Virus record (IMG/VR): IMGVR_UViG_3300036770_008730
DNA length: 64,000 nt
Direction: 5' to 3' (one strand)
Source: a virus
Lineage: Duplodnaviria; Caudoviricetes
Every line of letters begins with the position of its first letter. Positions within the stretch are counted from its first letter, which is position 1. A program made the translations under genes and the position numbers. Below, piece by piece: positions 47,622 through 59,300 of the stretch. Under the pieces are notes generated by a model. That model ran no database searches, had not been told where the DNA came from, and saw only the letters and a list, made by a program, of their open reading frames with translations.

Positions 47622-47836
47622 TTATTTTGATGGTCAAATCTTTGATTAATAACATTTATTAAAAATTGACAATCTTCATATCTTTCAATGGTCTCAAAAT
47701 AAGAGACCATTTTTTTTATGAAGATTATATCATATGTTTTTAGATTTTTATCGAAATAAATTCCTGATTTTATTCTCTTTATCGATTCCTCATAAAGACG
47801 CAGTAGAGCAATTTCTATAATTTCTTTGTTATTCAT
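47600..47836 (-). CDS. small hypothetical protein
   Basis: 78 aa; FETIERYEDC motif. Confidence 0.55.
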   Translation of the reverse strand: MNNKEIIEIALLRLYEESIKRIKSGIYFDKNLKTYDIIFIKKMVSYFETIERYEDCQFLINVINQRFDHQNNYLIKYE

Positions 47837-48399
47837 TTGTAGTTGTTTAAGAATTCTAATTCTTCCTTTGTTAAGGATTCTAATCCAGTCGCTGAAATTT
47901 TATCTAAAATTTGGTCTATGTTGTAATTATTTTCTTCCTCACTTTTTTTGAGGTTGCTAAATTTCATTATTTGTTGATTGAATTGACTATTTAAATACTC
48001 CTTAGACATTTGTATACCCATCACTTCTATTACATCATTTATTTGATGATTATGTTTTTCTTGAATTTGAAATATTATTTTATTTATAAAATTATTTTCT
48101 TTTATTTGAATTGATGATGTTATGAACTTATCTTCTTTGAATATCCATATCTCTTCTTTATCCATCATATAGATAACCATCACTATTCCAAAATTATTAA
48201 GTGTTGTTTCAATTAACACTGAATTTTTAATTCTGTTTCTAAAAATTGTCTGATTTGAAATCAACTTTTCATTAAATTCTATGAAAATTTTTTTCGAGTG
48301 TTTACTTTTTTTAAATGATTTCAATTGATTTGATAGTAAAATAAACACGTAAGAGGTTAGTAGCCCTACTATAAGTCCTGTTAAGAATATTATAATCAT
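47833..48399 (-). CDS. membrane-anchored protein with C-terminal DUF6576-like motif
   Basis: N-terminal TM helix; NIDQILDKISATGLESLTKEELEFL. Confidence 0.65.
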   Translation of the reverse strand: MIIIFLTGLIVGLLTSYVFILLSNQLKSFKKSKHSKKIFIEFNEKLISNQTIFRNRIKNSVLIETTLNNFGIVMVIYMMDKEEIWIFKEDKFITSSIQIKENNFINKIIFQIQEKHNHQINDVIEVMGIQMSKEYLNSQFNQQIMKFSNLKKSEEENNYNIDQILDKISATGLESLTKEELEFLNNYK

Positions 48400-48488
48400 T
48401 TATTATTTATAAAAATAAGTGAATTGAGTTGTAAAATTACGAAATAAATATTGAATAGAAAAAAATGTAATCAATTAAGTTTTCTAAA

Positions 48489-48498
48489 TTAATATATA
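48489..48498 (+). promoter_or_regulatory. putative late promoter TTAATATATA
   Basis: Upstream of structural gene run starting 48518. Confidence 0.55.
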
Positions 48499-48517
48499 CA
48501 AAAAAAATAATAGTTTA

Positions 48518-49546
48518 ATGGCATTAGTAGGATCATATTCGGTACCTGGACCCTCCTCTTCTATAACATTTTCTGAAGAATATAACACAATTGATGAGTT
48601 GTTAGTTCAGATTCCGAATAATACATCAAATCAAATACAAGCACAAGATGTTCGAGATTCTGTTTTGTCTTTATGGAGAAGAATAGATTATGTTCAATCA
48701 ATTGCTGCTACAGCAGCCTCAGCTTCTACACTTTATACAAATGCAACTCCAACTCCTATTACTATTGGTGGGATTTCAGCAGGAACTTCTTTTCCTACTC
48801 CTCAAACTATGCAACAGATGTGGGATGCTTTACTTTATCCTTATATCGCACCTGCAGCTGGACTAAGTATTGCTAGTAATGCTAGTAGAGAATATGGGTC
48901 GTCAACTGGTGTGACATTGAATTGGTCAGTAACTAAAAATTCCAATACAATAACTTCTATTTTAGTTGATGGAGTTCCTCAAATACCAACTGGTGTTTCT
49001 CAGGCTGGTACTAAACTAGCAACTGCTACTCATAGTGTGACTCCTGTTTCGCCTAGCACAAGTCAAGTTTATTCTATGACTGTTTCTGACGGAACATCTA
49101 CTCCTTCTGCTAACACTACACTTACTTGGCTTACAAGAATTTATTGGGGAAGAATTGATTTTAGTTCAATTGGTAATCCTAATCTGACTACAAATCCTGG
49201 TTCCGCATCACTTTGTGCTACTTTAGCAACTGATGCTGTAATAGAAGCATTGTCTGGAGCTAATGCAAATAGTCAAGCTTTTGGAAGTGAATTATCATCA
49301 ACCAAAAGTAAAACATACACTGGTATAGATGGAGCTGGTCAATATTTGATATTTGCCTGGCCAAGTATAGTTTCTAATCCTTATACTCCAACCTTTACTG
49401 TGAATGGACTACCTAACACAGCTTTTACTAGAATAAGAAATAATTCATCCTTTTATAGATCACTTTATGGATATAGTGGAGTAAATTATGAGGTTTGGGT
49501 AAGCAATACTTTACAAAATTCACCTTTAAATTTAGTAGTGAGTTAA
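48518..49546 (+). CDS. virion structural/fibre-associated protein
   Basis: 342 aa Ser/Thr-rich, Ig-like beta pattern, first gene of fibre run. Confidence 0.6.
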   Translation: MALVGSYSVPGPSSSITFSEEYNTIDELLVQIPNNTSNQIQAQDVRDSVLSLWRRIDYVQSIAATAASASTLYTNATPTPITIGGISAGTSFPTPQTMQQMWDALLYPYIAPAAGLSIASNASREYGSSTGVTLNWSVTKNSNTITSILVDGVPQIPTGVSQAGTKLATATHSVTPVSPSTSQVYSMTVSDGTSTPSANTTLTWLTRIYWGRIDFSSIGNPNLTTNPGSASLCATLATDAVIEALSGANANSQAFGSELSSTKSKTYTGIDGAGQYLIFAWPSIVSNPYTPTFTVNGLPNTAFTRIRNNSSFYRSLYGYSGVNYEVWVSNTLQNSPLNLVVS

Positions 49547-49565
49547 TGAAAAATAATAAAAATAG

Positions 49566-52322
49566 ATGTCACAAAACGTAGGAACATTAATATCAGCAGC
49601 AATTAGACCGAACGATTCACTCGATCCTATTGCATCCGCCTTTGCATCCGAAATAAAAGGTGGTTTTCATACGGCTACTTCTTCTACTGATAGAGATGCC
49701 ATAATCGTTGAGAGAAGAGAATGGGGAATGATGTGTTATGTAATCAATGATAATAAAACATATCAACTTACATATGCTTACTCTAGTACATCAATTATAG
49801 ATAATAGCAATTGGAAAGAATTCAGTGGTGCTGGGTCTGGTGGATCTGGTAACGAGTGGATAGATTCTGTTTTGTCTGTTACTTTTAGTCAACCTGGATC
49901 ACCAATCAACGGTGATAGATATTTAGTTGGTAGAAATCCTTCAGATTCAATAAGTTGGGGAACTTGGAGTCAACCAGGTTTCGTGGCTCAGTGGAATTCA
50001 TCTTTATCAAACTGGGATATTACAATTCCAACTAACGGAATGTCTGTGAGAGTCGATAATGAGGATAACTCTATATATCGATACGAGGGAAATTTTGATA
50101 CCGGTCAATGGGAAAAAGAGATGTTAGGTCAAGTGAGGTCTATAACATCAACAACCATTAACGGAACTAGTTATTCAGTAACAATGGATCCTCCTATAGG
50201 TGGTTATGTTGAAGACATGATATTTTTAACAAAATTCAACGCTACAAACACTGGATCTACCGTATCTTTAAATATAAATGGTCTTGGTGAAAAACTTATA
50301 AAAAGACCATCATCTACTGGGTTATCGAATTTAAATCCACTTGAGATAGAACCTTCTTTTGTTTATAGCTTAGCTTTCGATGGAACTTACTTTCAGATGA
50401 TTAAACCTTTTGAAGAAGGTGTTTTTGATATTAAGTATTACATAGAACCTACAGATTATGTTATTGTTCCTCAGTATTATCAATATTGGGTATATGGTGA
50501 TTTAACAATTTCTGGTTATTTAGAAAACTATGGAAATGTTATTATAATGAATGGTGGTTTAATTTTAACGGGTGGTACATTTTCTAATTTTGGGCAACTT
50601 CTTTTATTTAGTTCAGCAGTTGGACTAACACCATCATTTAATAATTCCGATACAATACAATTTACTCAACAAAGCACTTTGCTTGGATTGTCAGTATCAT
50701 CAACAATAATTAACGGTTCTATAACTCAATCAAAATTAGATATTACTAATCCTTCTTCTGGAACTGCTGGTTCATTATTGGCTTGGACAGCATCTGGTGA
50801 GTTTATGTGGGTTGATGGATCTTCTTTTGGAGTAATAGGTCAGGCAGAAGATGGTGATTACACAGATGGTATTTTCACAGACTTCACCCCTACGACACCA
50901 ATTGGAACAGCTGTTGATAGATTCAACGAGATGTTATTATTACTGGCTCCTACACCTCCCTCTAATTGGAATAATGCTATTACATCAATAGGATTTACTA
51001 ACACTTCTTATTCAGCAAGAGCTCTTTCAACATCAAGTCCTGTGACAATATATAGCACAACAACTCCTACTTTAACTAATGTTGACATAGTGGGTTCACA
51101 ATCGAGTGCTAGAGTAGACACTTCTGGATTGACATTTTCATTAGTAGATAATGGTTCTCAAATTGAATTAGTCACCCTTTCTGGAACTGCAACTGCAATA
51201 AAAAATACAGGAAATATAAGACATTCAGCTTCACAAGATCCTTATTCTGGAGTATCTGGAAAAGCTGGATTCTGGACTGGAATAATTGATTTCTCTTTGA
51301 GTGGAAATTTACCAGCAATAACTCCTTCTTCGTCACAACGTCTATTGGAGTTGTATCATCCTGGAATTGATTCCCCTGAAACTTTCTACTACTATATTGA
51401 TAATCCGTTGACAGTTACTATAGGGACAATAACTGCAAGCGTTCCATCCATGACTAGCTATATATCTGGTGTTCCAACATTGACGACATCTGATACAATC
51501 ACATCTATAGGATTTAGTGTGAGTAATGTTAGTAGTTATTTTTACGCAGCTACTTCAGTATATCAAATAAATGCTGGTATAATTGCTGGTTCGACTGGTG
51601 ATCCAAACACTATACCTTCTGCCTTCGGAGAAACTGGTAATGTTACTGGGAAATCAGGTGCGATACAGACTAATCAATTCAGTGATTTATCAATTAGCTT
51701 TACGGTAAGAGGAAGAAACTCGATAGGAACTTATGGTTCAAATACAACCTTTACTTCCACATCACATAGAGTCGATACTGTTTCAAGCGAAAGTGCTAGA
51801 AAAACATCTGGATCTGGAAGTTATCCTGCTTCGGGATATAACGGAGTTTTTGACTCGACACAATCACTTGTAGGAACTTACACTGAAGAATTGCAATTAA
51901 GAAACGGTATATATGTTTATCCTTCTGTTAATTATACATCTATAGGTGGTCCTGATTATTCATCAGCATCCGGAACTAGATGGGCAACTTTTAATATTGG
52001 AACCTTTACTAATAATAGTGCATTCACATTAAACATAAATGGTTCTTCTGGTATCTCATCTATTGGTCAAGCAAACTTATTAATTGAGGTAAAAATTGAA
52101 GGAGCTACTTTCTGGGTTGATGGTGATGCTGCTTACTCAGGTACTGGTAATCCAGGGTCTGTGTCAGATGGTGTTGCTGCTGTGGTGATTGGTTCATCTA
52201 CCGCCACATCTAGAAGAATAACATTTGGTGCGGTCACATATAGTGGTTCGATTATAGTTAGAATTGGATTTACCGGAACTGGATTGCAGTTTACAAACTT
52301 AACAGCAACAAGTATAGTATAA
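49566..52322 (+). CDS. large virion structural protein with DUF2793-like segment
   Basis: 918 aa; P.SP.NGDRYLVG..W...G.VAQW...W....P.NGM motif; Ser/Thr/Gly-rich. Confidence 0.6.
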   Translation: MSQNVGTLISAAIRPNDSLDPIASAFASEIKGGFHTATSSTDRDAIIVERREWGMMCYVINDNKTYQLTYAYSSTSIIDNSNWKEFSGAGSGGSGNEWIDSVLSVTFSQPGSPINGDRYLVGRNPSDSISWGTWSQPGFVAQWNSSLSNWDITIPTNGMSVRVDNEDNSIYRYEGNFDTGQWEKEMLGQVRSITSTTINGTSYSVTMDPPIGGYVEDMIFLTKFNATNTGSTVSLNINGLGEKLIKRPSSTGLSNLNPLEIEPSFVYSLAFDGTYFQMIKPFEEGVFDIKYYIEPTDYVIVPQYYQYWVYGDLTISGYLENYGNVIIMNGGLILTGGTFSNFGQLLLFSSAVGLTPSFNNSDTIQFTQQSTLLGLSVSSTIINGSITQSKLDITNPSSGTAGSLLAWTASGEFMWVDGSSFGVIGQAEDGDYTDGIFTDFTPTTPIGTAVDRFNEMLLLLAPTPPSNWNNAITSIGFTNTSYSARALSTSSPVTIYSTTTPTLTNVDIVGSQSSARVDTSGLTFSLVDNGSQIELVTLSGTATAIKNTGNIRHSASQDPYSGVSGKAGFWTGIIDFSLSGNLPAITPSSSQRLLELYHPGIDSPETFYYYIDNPLTVTIGTITASVPSMTSYISGVPTLTTSDTITSIGFSVSNVSSYFYAATSVYQINAGIIAGSTGDPNTIPSAFGETGNVTGKSGAIQTNQFSDLSISFTVRGRNSIGTYGSNTTFTSTSHRVDTVSSESARKTSGSGSYPASGYNGVFDSTQSLVGTYTEELQLRNGIYVYPSVNYTSIGGPDYSSASGTRWATFNIGTFTNNSAFTLNINGSSGISSIGQANLLIEVKIEGATFWVDGDAAYSGTGNPGSVSDGVAAVVIGSSTATSRRITFGAVTYSGSIIVRIGFTGTGLQFTNLTATSIV

Positions 52323-52339
52323 AAAAAGAAAGAAAATAA

Positions 52340-55300
52340 ATGGCTTTAACAAGTTCACAAATATCAAGTAAATTGTTCAAGAAAGCACTCGGTGCTGGTG
52401 AAACCATTGTCAGTAGACAATTTTTTGAAGAGCCACGTCTTGGCAGAGAATTGGTTTTATCTGACCAGATTTGGTCTCAATCTAACTTGATACCGACTTC
52501 GGCTCCTAGTTTAGCTCCTGGTGCTAGTGCTGGAGTTGTTCAATATTTACAATTAGAAACTCTTTCACATGTTTCTGGATCACTTAATCTTTCTTATTTT
52601 AGTTCTAATTTAATAGATTCTATTCCTTTCAATTATGGAGATGGATCATATAATTATCAATTATTCAAAAATGATGGTGTTACTCCTATAGCATTTGGTG
52701 ACGGAGACTGGATTGTTGATAATACTGCTGGATTATTGACCTTTTACGGAACTTTACCTTCTGGTGTGAGCTCTGCATTACCTCCTAAAATATCCTTTTA
52801 CAAATATATCGGAACTAAAGGAATGGGAATTGGATCTGGAATAGGAACAATAACAGGAGTCAACGCTGGTGTTGGATTAACTGGTGGAGGAACTGCTGGT
52901 AATGTCAATTTAGATATAGTTGTCGATAATGGATTATCGATAGTTGGTGATAATGTTGTATTAGGTGGTACCTTATCACAGGATACTTTAATTGATGGTG
53001 ATGATAATAGCTGGCAATTACATGTTATTGATACATCTAATATACTTTTAAGTAATGTTACATCAGCAACTCAGGGTGGTGTTTTATCATTATATCCAGG
53101 TGAATCAAAGATTACCTACCTAAATAATAGTACTCTTGGTGAAGTTGCAATTGATTTACAAGGAATTAAAGTTCTCTCAAGTACACCACTGGGGATTGCA
53201 AAATTAGAATTATTAAATAGTCCTGATTTTACAGTTGGTGATGGATCAGATGATAGTTATATGGTTATTACTGATAATATTAGTAATAAAGGATTAGTCT
53301 ACTGGGATGATTACTCCTCAAACTTTACAACTTATTCACTTGTTACCAAAGGTTATGTAGATTCGGTAGTTGGTTCAGTTGGAGCTACAAACGGGTTAAC
53401 AGAAATTGCAACAGGTGTTGTTGCATTAGGAGGAACTCTTTCTCAAAATACAAATATCGAGGCCTCAGGATTTGATTTCACTTTATCTGGAGCAGATAAT
53501 ATAATATTCACCTCTTCCACTTTTGATATAATTGCAGATGGTTTGGTGAGTATCGATGCGGGTTTTGGAACCATACAAGTAGTAGCTGACGATGATATTG
53601 ACATAATATCAACAGGAGCTAATATTTATCTTAATTCTCTCGAATTATACATAACTAACACTTCAAGTAACGTTACTACCTATGATAGTAGAGGTTTGGT
53701 CTATACTTCTGATTATTCTGGAACATTTGTCACTAATTCATTGATTACGAAAAAATATGTAGATGATGCGGTTGCTGTAATTAATAGTGACTTTATCTCT
53801 GGAGTTACAGCAGGTGCTGGTATTTCAGGAGGAGGAACATCCGGATTTGTTGACATTTCAGTTGAAATTACAAACTCTAAAGGTCTTACTTTTTCAACTA
53901 CTGGAGACTCTGGAACACTTGAGGTCTCTCTTACCGAAAATGGAGGGTTAACCTTCTCGACTGGTGGCGGAATAGAGGCTGTTGTTGATGGAGTGACAGT
54001 GTTTGTTGTAGATGGAGTTATTAAAGGTGCTGCACAGGGAGTTTTAGGAGTTACAGCAGGGTCTGGTCTTGTAGGAGGTGGAACCAACTCATACATAACC
54101 GTAGAGGTTGCTGATACAATAGCTGGTAACGGTTTAACATTCTCCGCTGGTGTTATTGATGTTAATGTAAATTCCGATTCTCTGGAGATAGTTGGAGACA
54201 CTATAAGACTCAAAGATACTATAACAGGAGATAGAACATTCCAAGACTCAATAACTGTCGCTGGTAACATGACAATTAATGGGACTGTATCTTATGTTTT
54301 TACTGAAAATGTATACATATCAGATAACATATTGACATTAAATGCGACTTGGTCAAGTGGAACACCATTCTTAGATGCAGGGTTTGAAGTATTAAGAGGA
54401 GCTTCTCAAGCAGCTGTATTGAAGTGGGATGAAAGTCAAGATCTTTGGACAATTGGTCTTTCTGGATCAACTTCACCTATAATTACTGAAGCGGGAACTG
54501 GATTAACAAAATCTGGAAATACACTATCAATAGATTCAACTGGATTTGCTTCTTCTTTAGCAGGAAACGGATTAACTTCAAATGCTGGAGTTTTAAATGT
54601 AAATGTAACAAACGGATTAACTATAATAAATGATGATGTTCAGATTTCGAGTGATGTAGCAGGTGCTGGTTTAACCTTTTCTTCAGGTGTTATGGATGTT
54701 CAAATAACATCTTCAAAGGGTTTAACCTTTTCAACATCTGGTAATAATGGAACATTAGAGGTATCACTTAAACAAAATGGAGGTTTGACTTTTTCAACTA
54801 GTGGTGATATAGAAGCCGTTGTTGATGGAGTTACAGTATTTGTTGTTGATGGTGTTATTAAAGGAGCAGCTCAGGGAGTTTTAGGAGTTACCGCTGGTAG
54901 TGGTTTATCTGGAGGAGGTACTAATTCCTATATTACATTAGATGTGAACACCGGATTAGGATTAACATTATCAAATGATGATGTTTCTATAATCTGGGGT
55001 GGAACTTCCACAGGTTTAACTTTTTCAAACAATGCATTAGCCGTAAATGTTGATGGTACGACTATACAAATCGTAAATGGTCAGTTGACTGGTTCTTCTC
55101 AAGGTATTTTGGGTATTACCGCAGGATCTGGTTTAACATTTAGTGCTACTGGTTCTTATGTTACTTTAGATGTAAATGTAGGTAATGGAATTTCAATCTC
55201 GAGTGATAATGTTGTGCTTGGTGGTTCTTTTTCACAAAATACTTTTATTGATGGCCAGTTTTATGATTTCTTTTTAACAAATTTTGATTACATACAATTT

Positions 55301-56275
55301 ACTTCTTCTACATTTGATGTAGAATCTGAATTCATAAGTCTAGAATCTGGAACAGGTTCGGTTCAGATTATTGCCGGTGATCAAGTTAATATCTCAGGTG
55401 TTGATGGTTCTTTTATAGCTAGTAATAGTTTAAGTCTTTCTTCTAATACATTTGATCTTCAAACTAGTGGATTATTAAATATTGATTCTGGTATAGGTCA
55501 AATTCAAATTACATCCGATAGTGATATAAACTTAAATTCCAATTCTGGAGATATATCATTGACGGCTATTTTTGACTTATTAATCAATGTTACATCAAGT
55601 ACAATCACAGTAAGTGATGGTAGAGGTTTGGTTTATAATTCAGACTATTCTAATACCTTTGTTACACACTCATTAGTTGATAGAAATTTTGTAGATAATG
55701 CTACAGCTTCTTTGTGGTCAGCTATAAACCTTTTGAGTGGGTCTTCTATTTTTGGATTGACTGCTGGTCAAGGATTATTGGGTGGTGGAACTGCTGGATA
55801 TCTTACAATTGATGTAAATACTGGAATTGGTCTTACAATTTCTAACGACCAGGTTTCAATGATTTGGGGTGGTACTTCTTCGGGTTTGACTTTTTCTAAT
55901 AACTCAATTAGTGTAAATGTTGATGGTACAACCATATATATCAATAGCAATGGTCAGTTGAGTTCAGTTTCGGGAGCGTCTGTTCCTGTTTATGAGAAGA
56001 AACTTTCTTTATCAACAACAGGTGATAATCAACCTACTGGATTTACATTGTCATATGTTCCAAGTGACTATTCAAGAATACAAGTTTTTATAAATGGACA
56101 AGTTCAATTTGTAGGCGATGGGACTTCAAGTAATGTTGATTGTTATTTTTGGAATGGTTCTATTGCAAAAAATTTAAATAATCTAAATATTACGGACGAA
56201 CTTTATTGGAATGGATCAGTCTCTGGATTCGATTTGACTACTTCTGATGTAATTTATGTTGTCTATGAAGTGTAG
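52340..56275 (+). CDS. modular tail-fibre-like protein A
   Basis: 1311 aa; repeated SL[IV]TKxYVD, V.AG.GL.GGG, GLTFS modules. Confidence 0.7.
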   Translation: MALTSSQISSKLFKKALGAGETIVSRQFFEEPRLGRELVLSDQIWSQSNLIPTSAPSLAPGASAGVVQYLQLETLSHVSGSLNLSYFSSNLIDSIPFNYGDGSYNYQLFKNDGVTPIAFGDGDWIVDNTAGLLTFYGTLPSGVSSALPPKISFYKYIGTKGMGIGSGIGTITGVNAGVGLTGGGTAGNVNLDIVVDNGLSIVGDNVVLGGTLSQDTLIDGDDNSWQLHVIDTSNILLSNVTSATQGGVLSLYPGESKITYLNNSTLGEVAIDLQGIKVLSSTPLGIAKLELLNSPDFTVGDGSDDSYMVITDNISNKGLVYWDDYSSNFTTYSLVTKGYVDSVVGSVGATNGLTEIATGVVALGGTLSQNTNIEASGFDFTLSGADNIIFTSSTFDIIADGLVSIDAGFGTIQVVADDDIDIISTGANIYLNSLELYITNTSSNVTTYDSRGLVYTSDYSGTFVTNSLITKKYVDDAVAVINSDFISGVTAGAGISGGGTSGFVDISVEITNSKGLTFSTTGDSGTLEVSLTENGGLTFSTGGGIEAVVDGVTVFVVDGVIKGAAQGVLGVTAGSGLVGGGTNSYITVEVADTIAGNGLTFSAGVIDVNVNSDSLEIVGDTIRLKDTITGDRTFQDSITVAGNMTINGTVSYVFTENVYISDNILTLNATWSSGTPFLDAGFEVLRGASQAAVLKWDESQDLWTIGLSGSTSPIITEAGTGLTKSGNTLSIDSTGFASSLAGNGLTSNAGVLNVNVTNGLTIINDDVQISSDVAGAGLTFSSGVMDVQITSSKGLTFSTSGNNGTLEVSLKQNGGLTFSTSGDIEAVVDGVTVFVVDGVIKGAAQGVLGVTAGSGLSGGGTNSYITLDVNTGLGLTLSNDDVSIIWGGTSTGLTFSNNALAVNVDGTTIQIVNGQLTGSSQGILGITAGSGLTFSATGSYVTLDVNVGNGISISSDNVVLGGSFSQNTFIDGQFYDFFLTNFDYIQFTSSTFDVESEFISLESGTGSVQIIAGDQVNISGVDGSFIASNSLSLSSNTFDLQTSGLLNIDSGIGQIQITSDSDINLNSNSGDISLTAIFDLLINVTSSTITVSDGRGLVYNSDYSNTFVTHSLVDRNFVDNATASLWSAINLLSGSSIFGLTAGQGLLGGGTAGYLTIDVNTGIGLTISNDQVSMIWGGTSSGLTFSNNSISVNVDGTTIYINSNGQLSSVSGASVPVYEKKLSLSTTGDNQPTGFTLSYVPSDYSRIQVFINGQVQFVGDGTSSNVDCYFWNGSIAKNLNNLNITDELYWNGSVSGFDLTTSDVIYVVYEV

Positions 56276-56292
56276 AATTGATATTCTAAAAA

Positions 56293-56302
56293 TTAATATA
56301 TA
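56293..56302 (+). promoter_or_regulatory. putative late promoter TTAATATATA
   Basis: Upstream of fibre gene at 56322. Confidence 0.55.
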
Positions 56303-56321
56303 AAAAAAAAATAAAACTAAA

Positions 56322-59300
56322 ATGGCGTTATTAGATGGTAAACAATTAAAAGATGGTTCGATATCACTTGATAAGTTAAATGGAACCGGTTTGGTTTCAT
56401 TCTCATCAGGAACTATGAGTTTCGGAACCGGAACATTTTTAAGAACCGATGATTCAAATATACTTACAGGATTAGATGTTGTCAATAAAAATTATGTAGA
56501 TGCTGTTGCATCTGGTCTCGATGCGAAATCTCCTGTAAAAATGGTTTCTGCAACTGAATCTATATCACTTTCTGGTGGTATTGGAACATTGGTTATTGAC
56601 GGTATCACTGTGTCTGCTTTTGATAGAATACTTGTTGCTGCTCAAGCTGGTCCTAATGTTGCTACTACTTCAAACGGTATTTATATTGCAACATCATCTA
56701 CATGGTATAGAGCAGATGACTCAGACGGAACGCCACTGAGTGAAGTCTCTCATGGTAACTTTGTATTCGTAACAGATGGGACAACTTACGAACATTCTGG
56801 TTGGGTACTTACAATAACCGATGCTTCTAATCCTAGTCAAATTTTAGTTGGAACCGATTCTCAAGGATGGGTTCAATTCTCTGAACAAACTAACATCACC
56901 GCTGGTGATGGTCTTTATTACACTGGTCAATCAATAAACGTTGGTGCTGGTACTGGTCTTACAGTTTCGGCTAATGATATATCCATAGCTAACACTACAG
57001 TTTCTGCTGGTTCTTATGGTCAGTCAAACGCTGTTACGACATTTACTGTTAATGCACAAGGTCAACTCACTACAGCTGGAACAACTTCTATATCTATTAA
57101 TTCCTCACAAGTTACTGATTTTAATACTGCATCTGAAACCGCAATATTTACTGACTCTAATTTTGTAGATGGTGTCACTATAACTTTTTCTGTTACTTCA
57201 GGTGCTTCTGTAACCGCTGAGGTTCAAAGTGGTTCATTGACCGCTTCTAAGTTAAACTCTACTAATAATCCTGTTCAAGGTTATGTATTAGGATATACTG
57301 GATCTGGTCAGTTTTACTGGTTAGACCCAACACTCATTGGTGATGTGACTGAAGTTATCGCGGGAAATGGTCTTACTGGTGGTGGTGCTTCTGGATCTGT
57401 TACTTTGAGTGTAAATGTTGGAAATATGCTAGAAATCACTAATGATGTAGTTGAGTTTGGTGGAACACTTTCTAGAACTACTGTAATAAACGGTGGTGGA
57501 TTTGACCTATTCTTCAATGGAATTGATAATTTAGTTTTCACATCTTCTGTTTTCGATGTAACGGCTGATGGATTTGTTTCTATAGATGCTGGTACTGGTT
57601 CTGTTCAAATAGTCGGTGATGACCAAGTCACAATTATTTCTACTAATAATGACATAAATTTAAGTGCTGATAATTATCTTTATATAACTACATCTGCTAG
57701 TCAAATTACCACTACTAACTTAAAAGGTTTGGAGTATGATACCGATTATTCAGCTACCTTTGTTTCTAATTCATTGGTATCTAAACAATATGTAGACAAT
57801 GCTGTCTCAGTAATTAACGGAGACTTCATCACTGGAGTGACTGCTGGTAATGGTTTATCTGGTGGTGGGACTTCAGGAGCTATCACACTTGATGTTAATT
57901 TGGGTGTGAATTCTGGTCTTACTTTCTCAGGTGATAATATAATCGTTGAAGTTGATGGTACTACGATACAAATTGTTAATGGTGTATTACAAGGAGCAGC
58001 ACAAGGAGTATTAGGAATAACAGCTGGTAATGGTTTATCTGGTGGTGGAACAACTTCATATGTCACACTTGATGTGAATTTAGGAGTAAACTCTGGTCTT
58101 ACATTCTCTGGGGATAATATAATTGTTGATACTGATATAGCTGGTGATGGTTTATCAATTTCTTCTGGTGTTCTATCGGTTAACACTGCAAATGGTTTAA
58201 CAATTAATGGTGATAATGTTGAAGTAAATCAAACAATTGCGGGTTCTGGTTTAACATTTTCAGCAGGTGTTATTGATGTTAATGTTAATTCTGATTCATT
58301 GGAGATTACTGGTGATAACATCAGATTAAAAGATACAATTACTGGAGATAGAACATTCCAGGACTCTTTAATTGTCGGTGGAAATTTAACAGTTAATGGA
58401 ACAGTATCTTATATTTATACTGAAAATTTATATATCTCTGATAATATTTTAACACTTAACGCCACATATTCTTCAGGAACGCCGTTTCTAAATGCTGGTA
58501 TTGAAGTATTAAGAGGAGCATCACAGGCTGCATCATTCATATGGGATGAATCCTTAGACTTATGGGCTGCTGGACTTTCTGGTTCAACATCTACTATAAT
58601 AACAGAAGCTGGTGTAGGATTGACTAAATCTGGAAACACATTATCAATAGATTCAAGCAGTTTTGCTTCTTCTTTGGCTGGAAATGGACTTACTTCTTCT
58701 GGTTCAACATTAAATGTTAATGTTGCAAATGGATTAGTTATCAATTCCGATAATGTTGAGGTTGCTGATACAATTGCTGGGAATGGTTTAACTTTCTCTG
58801 CAGGTGTTATCAATGTTAATGTTGCGAATGGATTAATAATTAATTCTGATAATGTTGAGGTTGCTGATACAATTGCTGGAAGTGGTTTAACTTTCTCTTC
58901 TGGTGTAATTAATGTAAATGCGACTAATGGTTTGAGTATTATCTCCGATTCTGTTGGATTGGGTGGAACACTTTTACAAAATACTACTATAGATGCTAAC
59001 AATAATCAGTTGGAGATATTTAATTTAAGCTTTGGTAGAATATCTGGAACATATGGTAATGGACAAGTCAATGAGTTAGTGGTGAGTGCGGCTGGTGCTT
59101 CACTTAATGGATATACAGACTATGATAATGGTAATGGTACATCTTCACAAGTGTTAGCAAATACTTTTGGTGAAATATACCTTAGCACTTACGATGGGTT
59201 AAATGATAATCGATTTATTATGAGACCGTTTGCAAGTCCGGTAAACGATTCATCTACAAATAACTACTTTATAGTAGAAGATAATATGGCACAGAAGGGT

